This document shows positions 37,345 to 51,127 of a stretch of 64,000 bases of DNA, piece by piece. The notes beneath the pieces are model-generated. The model saw nothing but the letters and a program-made list of their open reading frames with translations, had not been told where the DNA came from and did not search any database. Both the position numbers and the translations under genes were made by a program. Origin of the DNA: Mesotaenium endlicherianum. Its lineage: Eukaryota. The DNA lies in contig WELA01003365.1 in NCBI GenBank assembly GCA_009602735.1, positions 1 to 64,000 of the forward strand. The letters run 5' to 3'. The first letter of the stretch is position 1. Every line of letters begins with the position of its first letter.

Positions 37345-38152
37345 CCCTGCTTTTCGGGCTCACTGCTTTTCGGGCTCACCGCTTCTGGGGCTCGGAGTCC
37401 TCATAGGTAGGAAACGTTGAAATTATTGTTTGCGCGCTGTACGTTGTCTGCAACTGTTTGTCTTCATCCTGCAAAACCGCCTGCCTTGAAGTTTGAGTTC
37501 AGACTGCACTTACGGAGGAGTAGCCTGATTCTTTCGCATGTTGCTTCTCATATGCCCGGCAGCAGCTTGTGCTCTTGCACTGGAAGCTTGAATGTCTTTG
37601 CGGGATGCTTGATTTTGCCACCTCGCTTTTCTTTTCCTCAAATTTTAAAAGTGCCCAAGGGGGCATGTGAAGAGAGTGGGATTTATGGGATGTGAGATGT
37701 GGGAGACATTGCCTAAGCTTAGACACTTCGGAAGTTGCACGAGGGAAGATTGAGTACTTGGGTATTGTATACTAAAACTTGGGTGTTTTCATTGTGGAAT
37801 TTATGCAGACTATGAGTATGACAACGGTGACCTCTGCAAGCATTGCCAGCATGTGATGAGGTAGTCTGGCCTTCAATGAGGAAAGAGGTGCGATGTACGT
37901 CGTCACACGATTATTTATAATGTATATAAACAAGGATGGGCAAATTTCCCCGACGGCCGCCTGCACATGTCGCCACTTGCACCGACTTGGGTTACGGTAT
38001 TGTCAAAGAAGTTGCTCCTCTTGATCTGGAGTCTGACACGTTCGCTACGTTCAGAGTCTCATGCCTTAAAGTTAGTTCTGCTTGACCAGCTCTATTGGTG
38101 CAGCAATAAGTGGATATATGGTTCACGTTTCGATTGATGATTGAACAGATCA

Positions 38153-38935
38153 TAGCAAATTATGTTTTTACCCTCCACAGTGTCAAAATGGAGAAAACCC
38201 TCAAACTTTGCAAGTATTCAAGAATGCCCTCCACACACTTTTTCCTCGTCATTGTTGAATCTGACCATTAAATTGACGTGCCTAACTTTCCACATAAAGA
38301 TTGGGCTGACACAAATTTTTTCCCCTCGTCTGTTCACATATGAAGGTTAGCTACTCGGTGTGCGAAGCAAACGACCAAATTACAATGATACAAAAACAAT
38401 TTGAAGTCTCTCTTCTTTTGCTCTATACCTTATCTACTCTTCTTATATAAACACATGAAATCAGGAAACAAAGATCAGCTTCAATATTTCTGATGACACC
38501 CGTGCTAATGTCATAAACCTTGGAGGGCGCCAAAGACCCTGAAGCCTTCCCTATACGCCTTCGGGCTATATGGGTCTATCGTGTTGCAAATATTTTACCC
38601 CCTCTTCTTTGTCCTAATCATTAGCCTTTGTTACCCACATAATGATGGAAAGTAAAAGGGTTCAATACTTGAGAATGGTAAGGTGGAGGTGAAAAAAGGT
38701 ATCAAGAAAAAGAAAGGTCTTTCACTCCACGCTTGGCATTGTAGACAGACGAAGGCAATAACAAATTTGTGTGAGGCCATCTTTGTGTGATAAGGTTAGG
38801 CACGTGATTAGTGAAAGATGGACCTAACATTGACTAGGAATATGTGTGTGGAGGGGGTCGTTTTGAAGTCTTTCAAAGTTTGAGGGTAATTTCCGTTCAT
38901 GTTGACACTTTGGAGGGTAAAAGCATGAATTTTTC
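38153..38935. mobile_element. Non-autonomous Mutator-like element (MITE), about 780 bp
   Basis: About 165-bp imperfect terminal inverted repeats (..TTTTACCCTCCACAGTGTCAA..ACCCTCAAACTTTG.. versus ..CAAAGTTTGAGGGT..TTGACACTTTGGAGGGTAAAA..). 9-bp target duplication AACAGATCA (38144-38152) / AATAGATCA (38936-38944). No transposase ORF. Confidence 0.82.
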
Positions 38936-40261
38936 AATAGATCACTCTTGGTTGCCATGTTGTATGGGCGCTAGAGACAAAAGGTGCACCTAGTAAATGC
39001 ATGATGCATATCCATGCACACAACACATCTCTGAACTTTACTCAAGCACCCGTGCATAAAATCTACCTCTTGCTTATAAGTCTCTTTGTCGCGACGTTAT
39101 GTGTCGGTGCCTACTGTGCATCGGACCCTGTAGAATTGACTTGACAAGCAACAACCATCTCTTGCTGGTGGGTCAAAACCACCTCCATCAGGGGGGAACA
39201 GCGCAAAGTTTCTTGGAAATGACAGGATTATGTGTCATAAACAGTAGAAGAGAGGCACTAGAGGGCAACACTCTCTACGGATACAAAATTATTAGTAGGG
39301 CTACAAGACCACTGTAGAGTTTCGGGATTCAAGGGAAGGCCTTCTTTACTTATCCTTCATTATATTTTTGGTTCTTGCTCCCTTTATCTATCATGCATCT
39401 CATTCTATGCATCTAGCTAAATTATCTTAAGACATTTAAAACGAAGTGAAACAGGGGCCAACCTTGATTTATTGCTACTTATGCTCATTAGCATTGGCTT
39501 TGTTGTACCATGGGAGGAAGGTCCTTATGTGAGTAGGGAGGAAAAGGCAAAAAGGTGTAAGGTCAGGAAAAACGGCATATTTTTGAAAATACTCATACAA
39601 AACAAGACATGAAAAGTTGAAAAAATCCTCCTTATAAAAGAAAAAAGGCAAAAAACTTCACTCCAAACTGATGCAAGTTTCACCCCCATGCTTGGACCCT
39701 GCCTGGGACCCCCTTAATCGGGCTGGACCCTGGTACCACCACTGGTACCGCGCTGGTTCACACCTGCTCCACAATTGGAGCTGCGACTTTTGGCTGCAAT
39801 CTACTATCTAAGATGCATTATAAGAAACACAAGAATAACGAACAAAAGCAAAAATGGAGACTAACGCTTCGTCAGTCAAGGCAGGTCACGAGCAGTGAGA
39901 AACAGTCAGTGTGGAATATCACAATTTGAGCCAGCTTGAGCTGTGTTAATCGGCTGTTGGTTCAACCGGTTAGAACTTCTTGACAAAACTTTTTCAGCGG
40001 TAGGTGTCATTCTTAATCGCAAGGACATGTACCCCGAGCTTCTCATGCTGTACTATCGCAGTGATGATCTCGCCCTCCCATTGTCGTAATGTAAGATCGA
40101 GATGAAGATCCGTATGTCTATGTACTTGTGAACAAGAAATCCCAGTGAAGCACGCGAAGCTTAAGTCGGTTGGCTTCGCTGTGGCGGAGTTATCATAGCA
40201 GACACGTCGAGCATTGCTGAAGAGACAGCTGATCCCAATATTACACAACAGGCTCTGCGAC

Positions 40262-43200
40262 ATGGCAGCAGTAAGCGGCTTCGCTCCAGGTCTAGCATCG
40301 AAAATCATTGCGGTCGGCCGAAATTATGCAGCACATGCTAAAGAGCTTGGCAATGCAATCCCTAAGGTAACACTTATTTTCTGAATGCTGAGACCCAGTT
40401 ACACGCACAGAGTTGTCCAGGCTTTGCTATATGGGGACGATAGAAGAAGCTCACTCTAGTTTATCAGGTTTACATTCGGGTGGTGCCTATTGGAACGTTC
40501 CATTTGCTTTACAGTGAGGTGACTTTGCAAGTTTCTGCCTGCTTTCATCAACCACGAAACACTGTTGCAGCTTCATGGTCACCTTCATATGCTGGTCTGA
40601 CAAGATGCAAATAATGTTGGTCTACTGTTTTTTTGGGAATAAAGCGTCCAGAGTTTTGAGTATATATACGCTCCTTGGAGAGCCCCTAGGAGTCAAATGA
40701 GGATGAGAAATGAACATGTGGTTCGGATTCTTACTCACAGGGTACACATAGGTGGCGTCTTTGAAAGCAGCGGTTGGAGGATTGCGTGTGCAGTACGTTT
40801 TGTATGTGACCGGTTCAAGCTAAAATGTGATGATAATTGCGCGTGGGAGTTGTTGGTTTCAAGACTGTCAATCGTCTCAAGGAAGGTCAGCAGTGACCTT
40901 CACTGTGATCCAGATATGAGGCCAAATCCACTTTGTGGGGTGCTTTTATTCATTCACCCATGCCTGTTGGTTGTGACGCCTGGCTGCGCTTTCACCGCAC
41001 TACAAGAGCAAGAAAGGCGAAGACGAGGAATGAACTTCATCACTCTGGAAAGTCTTCTTCAGGAACATGATCACTCCTGCAAGAAAAACTCTTGGTTACT
41101 GAGCACCTTCAGTGTTATTCTGCTTCTGCAGGAGCCATTCTTCTTCCTGAAGCCGGCTTCTTCCTTCATACAGCAGGGTGCATCCATTGAAATCCCTCCT
41201 CCCCTCCAGGAAGTCCACCACGAAGTTGAGCTGGGGGTTGTTATTGGGAAGAGAGGGAGGGACATACCTCAAGCAGAGGCTCTGAGCTACATCTCTGGTA
41301 AGATTGCCGTTGTATGATATTGTACTATATCGTTGTGTTTATGTATATTATATCGCATTAAAGTGTATGATATTGTATATATTGTACTGTACGGCGTACG
41401 CATATTGTACCAGCTTGAGGCAAATTAGTATTCTGTGTGGAGGTCGGCCAGCAGATCGAAACAGACACTCCTTCCAGCAGGTTGAATTCCTCCATACTTC
41501 AGACTGCCCTGTGCAAGGCTCTGCTCAGCAGCATTTACTTTTTATGCTCTAAGCACCACACTTTGAAAGTAGAACTGAAGCAGTCTATACTCCTGGCATG
41601 AGAACTGCAAATAGTATGATACTGTTTTGACGAAGTAACCCTTTATTAATTCTAAATAGTTACTGCACCACAACCAGCCCGTGGTTGGCTCGGATCCAGC
41701 CTATGATATAATATATCCAGCGCCAGGAATATACATAAACATATAAATATATATATATATATGTATATGTATATACATATATACTTGCTTATCGACCAAC
41801 AAGGGGATGCTTGATTTCCTGCTCCCCTGCAGGCTACGCGCTTGCTCTGGACATGACTGCCAGAGAGCTCCAAGCAGCTGCCAAGGTATGCTACCACTCT
41901 GAGCACGTACAGACTCTCCTATGAATGCTAGTCTGGGTTTGCATGAAATATCTTAGCACCATCGGACTGTTGCTCTCCACAGACGAATCTGTGCCCCCCT
42001 TGCGGCCTTAGGAAGCTGATCATGGTGTTGCTGGACCCCCCTGACTAGGACAAGTTTCATGAGTGCGTGCATCCATCTTCACGCGGTGGACCTGTCTGAC
42101 CTCCTAAGAATAAAGGAGAACGATAACCTATGTACTCGTTGTACGAGTATCGTTTTTTACAAAGTCCAGGGATGTAACACAGGCTGCTCGCTTGCCTTCT
42201 GTTGACGGTTTGAGGTTTACTCCAAAGCAAAGCAAAGCCTAGAATCAGATTGGTAAGGCTGGCAGTCCCAGTAGCAAGTTTATTGCTCTTCGATGCTCGC
42301 TGGAGGTCGGCTCAGTTCAACCAATTCCGCGCCTAAGACAGGCTGCTCCTCCTCCTCCTCCTCCACCACCACCACCACCACCACAGTATCCTCCTCCTCT
42401 TCGTGGTGGTGTGGTGGCGTCTTCTTGTTGGGAGCGTGAGAGCAGGCCAAGGGGCTGCCCTGGACGGTGGCCAAGGGCTATGACACATTCTGCCCCGTCA
42501 GCGACTTCGTAAGCGTTTCTTACGAATACCCAGCTGCTGGCCCCCAGCCCCTCCTCTGCTCCCACTTCATGATCCAGCTACGGTCGTGTGTCATGGCTGT
42601 CGCGCACCACTGCTCATCTTGCCGAGTAGAGTGTTGTAGGGTGTGCATGCGTGCGATGCTGTGGGTGCAGCAGCAGGTTGTGGCGGAGACCATTTTTGTC
42701 TGCGCTTTGCTCTTTGCTGTTGGCTCGTCTTTATTGCTCGTTGGTCACGCACTTGTTCTTATCATAGGCGTGCTTCTTGCGGAGCAGGAAGTCGGAATGT
42801 AAGACTTGTCCCGACGACGAATGTATGTTGTATTCATGTGTCTACGTCCTGCTGTGGGTGCAGATCCCACGGAGCCAGGTGGCAGACCCTCAGGCCCTCG
42901 AGCTGTGGCTGAAGGTACGGGCGCCGCACTGAGTCTCGTGAAAGGAAGCACAGATGCTTATGCGTGTGCTTCTTCTTGTTCTTTAAATATCGCGCAGTCT
43001 CATAGTGAATGGACGACAGTCTAGACCGTCAACTTGCTGCCACCAGTTGGTCACCAATTGGCCAAATGTGGTTCCCCCAATCAGCGGAGTTGAACATCAG
43101 AAGTGCATTAGAGGGTGGAGTCGGTTGTCAGAGCTGAGGGGTTCACTCGAACCTCCGATCTCAACCCTCAGAGAATTTGTTTCCATTTTCTCGAGAGCCA

Positions 43201-44671
43201 CCGATGTCGACCATCTCAGCGTGTGAAATCGCGTGCGAGCCTGGCAGGTGGACGGCGTGGAGAAGCAGAGGGGGAGCACGAGTGACATGATCTTTTCCAT
43301 CCCCTTCCTCATCAGCCACATCAGCAGCATCATGACCCTGGAAGAAGGCGACCTCATCCTCACAGGTGGGGATCTAGCTGCTCCCTGCGCTCTCTCATAC
43401 TCTATACTCTGCTGGGGGGGNNNNNNNNNNNNNNNNNNNNNNNNNNNNNNNNNNNNNNNNNNNNNNNNNNNNNNNNNNNNNNNNNNNNNNNNNNNNNNNN
43501 NNNNNNNNNNNNNNNNNNNNNNNNNNNNNNNNNNNNNNNNNNNNNNNNNNNNNNNNNNNNNNNNNNNNNNNNNNNNNNNNNNNNNNNNNNNNNNNNNNNN
43601 NNNNNNNNNNNNNNNNNNNNNNNNNNNNNNNNNNNNNNNNNNNNNNNNNNNNNNNNNNNNNNNNNNNNNNNNNNNNNNNNNNNNNNNNNNNNNNNNNNNN
43701 NNNNNNNNNNNNNNNNNNNNNNNNNNNNNNNNNNNNNNNNNNNNNNNNNNNNNNNNNNNNNNNNNNNNNNNNNNNNNNNNNNNNNNNNNNNNNNNNNNNN
43801 NNNNNNNNNNNNNNNNNNNNNNNNNNNNNNNNNNNNNNNNNNNNNNNNNNNNNNNNNNNNNNNNNNNNNNNNNNNNNNNNNNNNNNNNNNNNNNNNNNNN
43901 NNNNNNNNNNNNNNNNNNNNNNNNNNNNNNNNNNNNNNNNNNNNNNNNNNNNNNNNNNNNNNNNNNNNNNNNNNNNNNNNNNNNNNNNNNNNNNNNNNNN
44001 NNNNNNNNNNNNNNNNNNNNNNNNNNNNNNNNNNNNNNGGGGGTGGGGGGGGGTGTGTTTGGGTGGTGGGCTGTTGGGTGGGGGGCTGATATCTCCACAT
44101 TGCACAAGCTGATGTGCATATGCTGCAAGGCACACCACCTTACTAGCCGTCCTAATTACTTGTTGTGTTTGACGGCCTTCCTCTAGCCTTACCTGCTTCA
44201 AGTGGGCAAACTTCGGGGTGCGTTCATCTGATTACTGATGACTAGGAAAAACTGCTTGAATCCAAGTTAGTTTCGCGTTCACATGTTCACTGATGAATAG
44301 ACTGTATTGGGTGATATCGAGTTACCTTCGATCTCATCAATCGATTGGGGACCGGATGTTTATGGGAGCCGTGTTGGGGTTGGCCTTTTGCGAAAAAGCA
44401 ATAAAGTGTGGGGTTGGAGACGGTAAGGCCGAGCTGGACGAACGGCGGGACATTGTTGAGGCCCGTCAGAATCTGAATCAGAATCAGAATTGGGTGCAAT
44501 TGCCAAATTTGCGTTTGCCGATGCTGTGCTGCTTTGGGACTGAGCTGGGTCTGGCTTCGGGGAGGTTTGGCAGGCACCCCTGAGGGGGTGGGTCCCGTGA
44601 AGGCTGGCGAGACAATCACCGCTGGCATCACCGGGTTTGTTGACATCTCGTTTCCAGTCAAGCACAGATGA
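40262..44671 (+). CDS. FAHD1: Fumarylacetoacetate hydrolase domain protein (acylpyruvase/oxaloacetate decarboxylase family); exons 40262-40366, 41132-41297, 41833-41886, 42446-42508, 42864-42914, 43248-43365, 44574-44671
   Basis: [89 protein letters not shown]. All junctions in phase. Confidence 0.95.
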
Positions 44672-45643
44672 CAGGACGCCACCTGGCATGCCAACTATTT
44701 ACAACGCCCCCACGCGAAGACCTTGGGACGAAATCTGCCGCCGACAACATTGCTACCTGACCTAATAGAGGCAGTAAGTGGGAAGTGTGCTCATGTAGTA
44801 GACGGGGGTTGGGACAAAGCGGATTGTTACTAGAGCAGGGACCGGTCTTGTACCAAAGGAGCACTTGAATCTGGCATACTCCAATTTCAGATGCAAATTG
44901 ATCATGGACATGAAACCATTTGACACTCACAGAGTGGATACCGTATTGATTTTCGTATTGGATACCAACATTGCATGCCGAGAGAGATGCATAATGTTAT
45001 GCAAAAAAAGTATATATTGCAGCTTCGAGCAGATGATCTTGGACCACTTCCACATCAAAGTTGTTCCACTTTGCGGTAGAAAGTCACACATCTCGGCATG
45101 ACAACGCATGTTACTCAGCACAAGGTTGACCCGTGAGAGTTCAGTATCAATGTGTAGAACATTTGGTCACTTAAACTTGCAAAGCGTGACACTGACATTT
45201 TGACTAATCGTTAAAGCTGGGCAAATGTTTTACAACCCGGTTCCATCTGCTCCTAAGACGATGCCCAGATGAGTCCTGCCTCTAGCTTGTAAGCCAATAT
45301 AGAATCAATTGCATAAGTTGATTGTGCTCATGTATGTGTCCATGGTTTTCTACATCTTCACTTCCTGGCACGATTGCTCATCTGACATCCAGGTATTACT
45401 TCACTCTAAGAATCCCCGATCTCGTGTCGGGCAAGCCAAAAGTATAGCTACAACGTAAGCAGCAGGCTGTTGCCAATTGCTAGCTGAACTCCCTCAACAG
45501 CCTGGACTAGTGGGCCACGTTGGGCATGGGTACAGCCCAGGCATTAATTCTCGACATCATGCATCACCATCTCTTCTCCTCAAGCTGCCTTCCTTTCATC
45601 TTCTTCTTGTCTTAGCTGAAGGAAGGAAAGTTTTGTCGAAGTC

Positions 45644-46696
45644 TCAGAAGGGCGGGACGACACCCTTGGCTAAGATGATGCCATTGATAGCAGCTAAGTT
45701 CTGGTTCGCCAGGTATGTGGGCAGCTTGAAGAACTCGTATGTGGTTGCAAGCGTCTGCCCATTTGTTGACATCAGGTACCTGAGGAAGGAGACAAGGACG
45801 CCACCTGTCTGTCCGAAGCCACTGGCATTCTTCCTCGCCAGAATGTAGGCAAAGCTAGAAATTGGCCATGTCTTTTCTCCCCTCTTGTTGAGCAAGATTA
45901 CTCCAGACCAGGGCGCAGTGGCGCCTGGGAGGGATCCGGGGATAGCGTCGTAGGGGTTCGCCTGCATATGAATCAGGTACTTCCCGCGGGCGTTTGGGAT
46001 TGCAGCTTCAGAAAGGCCCAGAAATTTTCCCACGCTTGAGCCTATGTATCCAATGGAGAAGGGGTTGGACTTCATAGCAGCAGCCACGCCGGCACTGCCC
46101 TCAGCTGAGATGGACGTTTTTGGAAACTTCACGACGGGCGCACTACCCAACCGCCACACCGTTGGGCCAGCTGCTTGTTGTAACCACCTGGTGAAGAGCT
46201 GTGTGGTCCCAGATGACTCCCTGCGTCTCACCACGTGTATTGCCTGCTGAGGCCCCACACTTAGAGTTGGATTGAGAGCTTTGATATCCGGATGGTTCCA
46301 CTTCGTTATCTGGCCCTGGAAGATCTTAGCTATGACAACAGGACTCAGTTTCAACTGGAAATTTCCAGGAATATACGTGAAGACGGAGATTGTTTGCAGA
46401 ACAAAGGGCAGGGTAATTTTAACCTTTCCGATAAGCTTACTCTCTTCCACAGCAGATAAGGGCACGTCTGTCTCTATGAACTGCACCCTGTTTGAAATGA
46501 ATTGCTCCCGACCCGCTCCAGAACCCACTGCATTGTAACTTATGGCCACCTTATATCTTCCATTCAGATTCTTGGAGAAGGTGCCCATTATCTGCTGAAC
46601 AGTTGTGCCTCCAGAGCCTGTGAGAGGAACGGGTGCACATTGTCCGAGCGTACTACAAGCAAGGAATATAAGAGCAAGAGAAATCATCTGAGCCAT
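45644..46696 (-). CDS. Secreted PstS-like phosphate-binding protein, copy 1 (350 aa, uninterrupted CDS)
   Basis: Hydrophobic signal peptide, then GSGGTT, YNAVGSGAGREQF, ETDVPL, KIFQGQITKWNHPDIKALNP, VVRRRESSGTT, SIGY, WPISSFAYI, all PstS-family motifs. The ATG at 46696 was chosen by alignment with copy 2. Confidence 0.9.
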   Translation of the reverse strand: MAQMISLALIFLACSTLGQCAPVPLTGSGGTTVQQIMGTFSKNLNGRYKVAISYNAVGSGAGREQFISNRVQFIETDVPLSAVEESKLIGKVKITLPFVLQTISVFTYIPGNFQLKLSPVVIAKIFQGQITKWNHPDIKALNPTLSVGPQQAIHVVRRRESSGTTQLFTRWLQQAAGPTVWRLGSAPVVKFPKTSISAEGSAGVAAAMKSNPFSIGYIGSSVGKFLGLSEAAIPNARGKYLIHMQANPYDAIPGSLPGATAPWSGVILLNKRGEKTWPISSFAYILARKNASGFGQTGGVLVSFLRYLMSTNGQTLATTYEFFKLPTYLANQNLAAINGIILAKGVVPPF

Positions 46697-47837
46697 GTGC
46701 CTCCACTCCACAATGGAGCTTTTACAATGTTTCAGAGTCAAGGTCTTAACCGGCTTTCTCGCTGTTGCGGTTTCCTTGCTGTCTAGAGAGACCACTCCTA
46801 GGCACTGATCAGCGTAAATGTTCTTTTTGCTTCACCACTTTCGAGTTGGAACTGAAGAAGCCAAAGCATTATACTACAGACGATAGCAACTGATAGCAAT
46901 TGGCAACATGAGCTTCCGCACACAAACTGGCCGGAATTAATGACAGGTTGATTATACATAGCATTGGATACACAGGATAAACTTATGCGAAGTACTAATA
47001 TAACAAATTCGGAGAAAATTAACTTAGACGATTTGTTCAAGAGCTTAACCTTGAAGAGAACTTCCCCTTTACAACCAGGACAACAAAACATACCTTTACC
47101 ACCACAACAACACGTCATGCGCTGGTAATCTTAGTGCCGGTTGGATGTCGGTGACAAGGCAGACATAAGCTGCGTTCAGCTGCTTTCGTTTAGTACTAAA
47201 TTATAATAAGAAGCAGAAGAAGCGTCTAAGTATTTCGGTTACCACGAAGGGGGGATTGTCGCTTCATTTTGGTTAGGCAGGTTACATTTGCACATGGTCG
47301 TGGTTAGGCAGCTTGACCTGTTTACACTAGCCTATAGCAGCAACTTCTGCAATCCTCCCTTTATTGGATATTGAAAGATGTCTCGACTATCTCATACCGG
47401 CGTGAGCAGGCGTGAGGCTGGCGTGAGATCGCATGAAGTCTCGTCAGAGATCAGAAAATCGTGTCGGTTTGGCGAATGAAAGCTGCTATACATTGTTGGC
47501 CTCGGGACTGTTGCTCGGCTCAAGGAAGGTGAACATGTTGCTCGGCTCAAGGAAGGTGAACAATGACCTTCACTGTGTACCAGAAATCAGCCAGGCCATA
47601 TCCAGTCTGTTGGGTGCTTTTATAATAATTCACCCATGCCTGTTGGTTGCGACGACCTGGCTGCACTTTCACCGCGCTACAAGAGCAAGAAAGGCGAAGA
47701 CGAGATATTAATTTCATCACGTACTCTGGAAACTTTTTCTCAGGAACATGGTCCTTCCTGCAGAAAAAATCATATTTATTGAGCACTTTCAGTAGACTAC
47801 TTCTGTATACTGCTGTGTTCTTCCTCAAGCAGGCTTG

Positions 47838-50003
47838 AGCCGTTCTCCTTCCTGAAGCCGGCTTCTTTTGTCATACAGCAGGATGCATCCATTGAAATCC
47901 CTCCGCCCCTCCAGGAAGTCCACCATGAAGTTGAGCTGGGGCTTGTTATTGGAAAGAGAGGGAGGGACATACCTCAAGCAGAGAGGCTCTGAGCTACATC
48001 TCTGGTAAGATCACCAAACATTGCATTATATTGTACTGTAGAAGTATAGTATATTGCATTGCAATGTATAATATTGTATATATTGTACTGTGCGCATATT
48101 GAACCGGTTTGAGGCAATATTGTGTTCTGTGTGGAGGTCAAGCAGCAAGTCAAAACAAACACTCCTTCTAGCAAGTTGAATTCCTCCATACTTCAGACTG
48201 CCCTGTGCGAGGCTCTGCTCGGCAAGATTTTGATTCTTATGCTCCAAGCACCGCACTGTAAAAGTAGAGCCGAAGCAGACTATAATCCTGGCATGAGAAC
48301 TGCAAATAATCTGATAGTGTTTTGAGAATTAACCCTTTACCTCTAAATAGTTACTGCATCGCAGCCAGCCCCTGGTTGGCTCGGTACCAGCTTCTAGTAT
48401 GCTATATCCAGCCCCAAGAGCATACTTATACTTACTTGCTTATCGACCAACAAGGGGATGCTTGGTTCCCTGCTCCCCCTGCAGGCTACGTGCTTGCTCT
48501 GGACACAACTGCCAGAGAGCTTCAAGCAGCTGCCAAGGTATGCTAGCACTCTGAGCACGTATAGATTCTCCTATGCACGCTAGGCTGGGTCTCCTTGAAA
48601 CAACATAACCCCGTCGGACCATTGCTCTCCAAAAGCAGTTAGGGACTCCAGGGGTGCTGACTACGAATCTATGTTGTTTTTCTTTGTCTACGGCCCGCTG
48701 TGGGCGCAGATCCCACGGAGCCAGGTGGCAGACCCTCAGGCCTTTGAGCTGTGGGCTGAAGGTGCGGGCGCACTGAGCCTCGTGAACAGAAGTACAGGTG
48801 CTTATGCTTGTGCTTTTCCTTCTCTACATAACGCACAGTTTCGCAGTGAATGGAGGGTACTCCAGACCCTCAAATGCTGTCACTGGTCGGCCAGAAGTTG
48901 TTTCCCCATGTCAGGGGGAGTCGAACATCAGCTGCACATAAGAATGTGAAGTCAGTTGTGGGAGTCGAGGAGTTAACTCGGACCTTGAAGCTCATGCAAC
49001 CCTCTGAGCATTTGCTCCTTCATTCTTTTCTGCAAGGACCTCCGACCTCGACGCTCTCAGCGTGTGAAATCGCGTGCGAGCCTGGCAGGTGGATGGCGTG
49101 GAGAAGCAGAGGGGGAGCACGACTGACACGATCTTCTCCATGCCCTTCCTCATCAGCCACATCAGCATCATCCTGACCCTGAAAGACGGCAACCTCATAC
49201 TCACAGGTGGGCACCTCGCTGCTCCTTGCGCTCTCTCAAACTCCGCCCTCTGCTCTCAAAGAGAAGGGGGGGGTGGGGNNNNNNNNNNNNNNNNNNNNNN
49301 NNNNNNNNNNNNNNNNNNNNNNNNNNNNNNNNNNNNNNNGGGGGGGGAGGGTGGGAGAGGGGGGCGCCACGGGGGGCTGTACTGCCCAGGTTGCACAAAG
49401 CTGATGTGATGTGTTAATGCTGCGGGGCACATCACTTTACTGGCCGTCCTACACACTCACGGGGTCTGAAGACCTCCTTTACTGTTACGTGCTTCAAGTG
49501 GCCACACTTTATAGTATGCATGCACACTATACACACTGATGAATAGAATGTATTGCTTGCAACTAAGCTACTCCCACGTGCACCTGGTTAATGATCATAC
49601 CAAATGTAATGATTGATTTCTGGTGATTCTCAATCACATACAACGATGATTGGGAACGGAATTTTGATGGGAGTCGATTGGGGTTCAGGAAGTCTGGGTA
49701 AAACGTGTGGCTCATTGCAAAACAGGAATGAAATTGCGGGGTTGAAGGGAGTGAGGCAGAGCTGAAACATTATTGCGGGATGTTGTCAAGGCCGGTCAAA
49801 AATATGTCTGTCAGAAATAGAATAGGGTGCAATCTTAAATTTCGCCTCAGCCTAAGGTGTGCTGATTTGGGACTGAGATGGGTGTGGCTTGGAGAGGATT
49901 GGCAGGTACCCCGGAGGGGGTGGGTCCCGTGAAGGCAGGCGAGACAATCACCGCAGGCATCACCAGGCTTGTTGACATCTCGTTGCCCGTCAAGCACAGG
50001 TGA
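47838..50003 (+). pseudogene. FAHD1 duplicate, pseudogene
   Basis: Lacks exon 1. The exon 2 acceptor region is disrupted and exon 2 has a +2 insertion (gcagagaggct). Exon 4 is deleted, and exon 5 has a +1 insertion (ctgtgggctgaag). Confidence 0.9.
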
Positions 50004-51127
50004 CAGCACGCCACCTGGCATGCCAGCTGCCTACAGCGCCCTCGGTGTCAGCTTCGGCCCCACGGGAAGCCATGGGGACAAAGTTTGCCCCTGACAAGTT
50101 GCCTGCCTTGTCTGATAGACGCAGTAAGTGCGAATGTGCTTGTGAATCATTGGTGTAGTAGACCGCGTGGGGGGGGCGACAAAGTGCGATTCTTTACAAT
50201 AGCAGGGACTGGTAGATGTTTGTTCAGCTAAAGGCGCATCTGCAGCTGGCGCACTCCTGTATCAGGCCCGATTTGAATATGGACGTTGTGAGATAGTTGG
50301 ACACTTACAGGGTGGGCACCATGTTTCTAAGGATTATTCGCACCCTGTTATCATGTCAAAAGCGATGCATATAATGACTACATATGAATTCTTTATCGCA
50401 GCTGAGAGCAAATGATGTGGGCCTACACCTACATCAAAGGCGTGGCAGTGATAGAAAGTCACACATCCCGTATAAAATTGCATGCTACTCCGCACTACAT
50501 TTGACTCATTAAGCTTACTTATTGTTTGGCTTGGACGCCTGTTGTGGGCAGTGCGTACTTGCTGTACCTTTAAAACAATCAATATATTTTTAGCTGTCAG
50601 TCACATAAATGCATGCAGTACATGACAGTATGACACTTTGACTACTCGTGGAACCTGGGTGGACGCTTAACAAATAGGTACCGTCAAAGTCTCTTGTGAA
50701 AGCCATGCAGGGTAACACTATACTGCTCTTATGACTACGCCCAGATGGAGTCCAGCTTCTAGCTTGTAACATTATACAATATAAACTGCATCTATTAATT
50801 GTGCTCTTGTACTTGTCCTTCGTTGTCGTCCACATTTGTACCTCCTGGCATGATTGTCCACCAGGCATTCAGATGCTACTACACTCCCAAAAATCTTGTG
50901 TCGGGCAAGCCAAAAATAGAGGCACATTGTAAGCAGCAGGCTGTTGCTTACTGCTAGCTGAAGTGCCTCGGCTGCCTGCTCTAGTATAGTTACGTTGGGA
51001 GTGGCTGTTGCCCAAGCGATAGCGTTCAAAGTCTAGCTCACAGTAACGAGCACAACAACGTTGTGTGCCACCGTCTCTTCTCCTCATCTGCATATGTTTG
51101 CTGACGAAAGGGAAGCTCGTCAAAGTC

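Noticed and set aside
42026..42179. TGTTGC..GTAACA segment in FAHD1 intron 3 resembling a tiny solo LTR
   Set aside because: Only about 154 bp, flanks CATGG/CAGGC are not a convincing TSD, and the paralogous region is deleted so it cannot be compared.
46637..46650. LGQC as a bacterial lipobox in PstS
   Set aside because: Does not fit [LVI][ASTVI][GAS]C; more simply an ordinary signal-peptide cleavage region.
46697..46795. 33-aa N-terminal extension of PstS copy 1 in the ORF track
   Set aside because: Starts at a non-ATG codon, is not conserved as an ORF in copy 2, and would bury the signal peptide.
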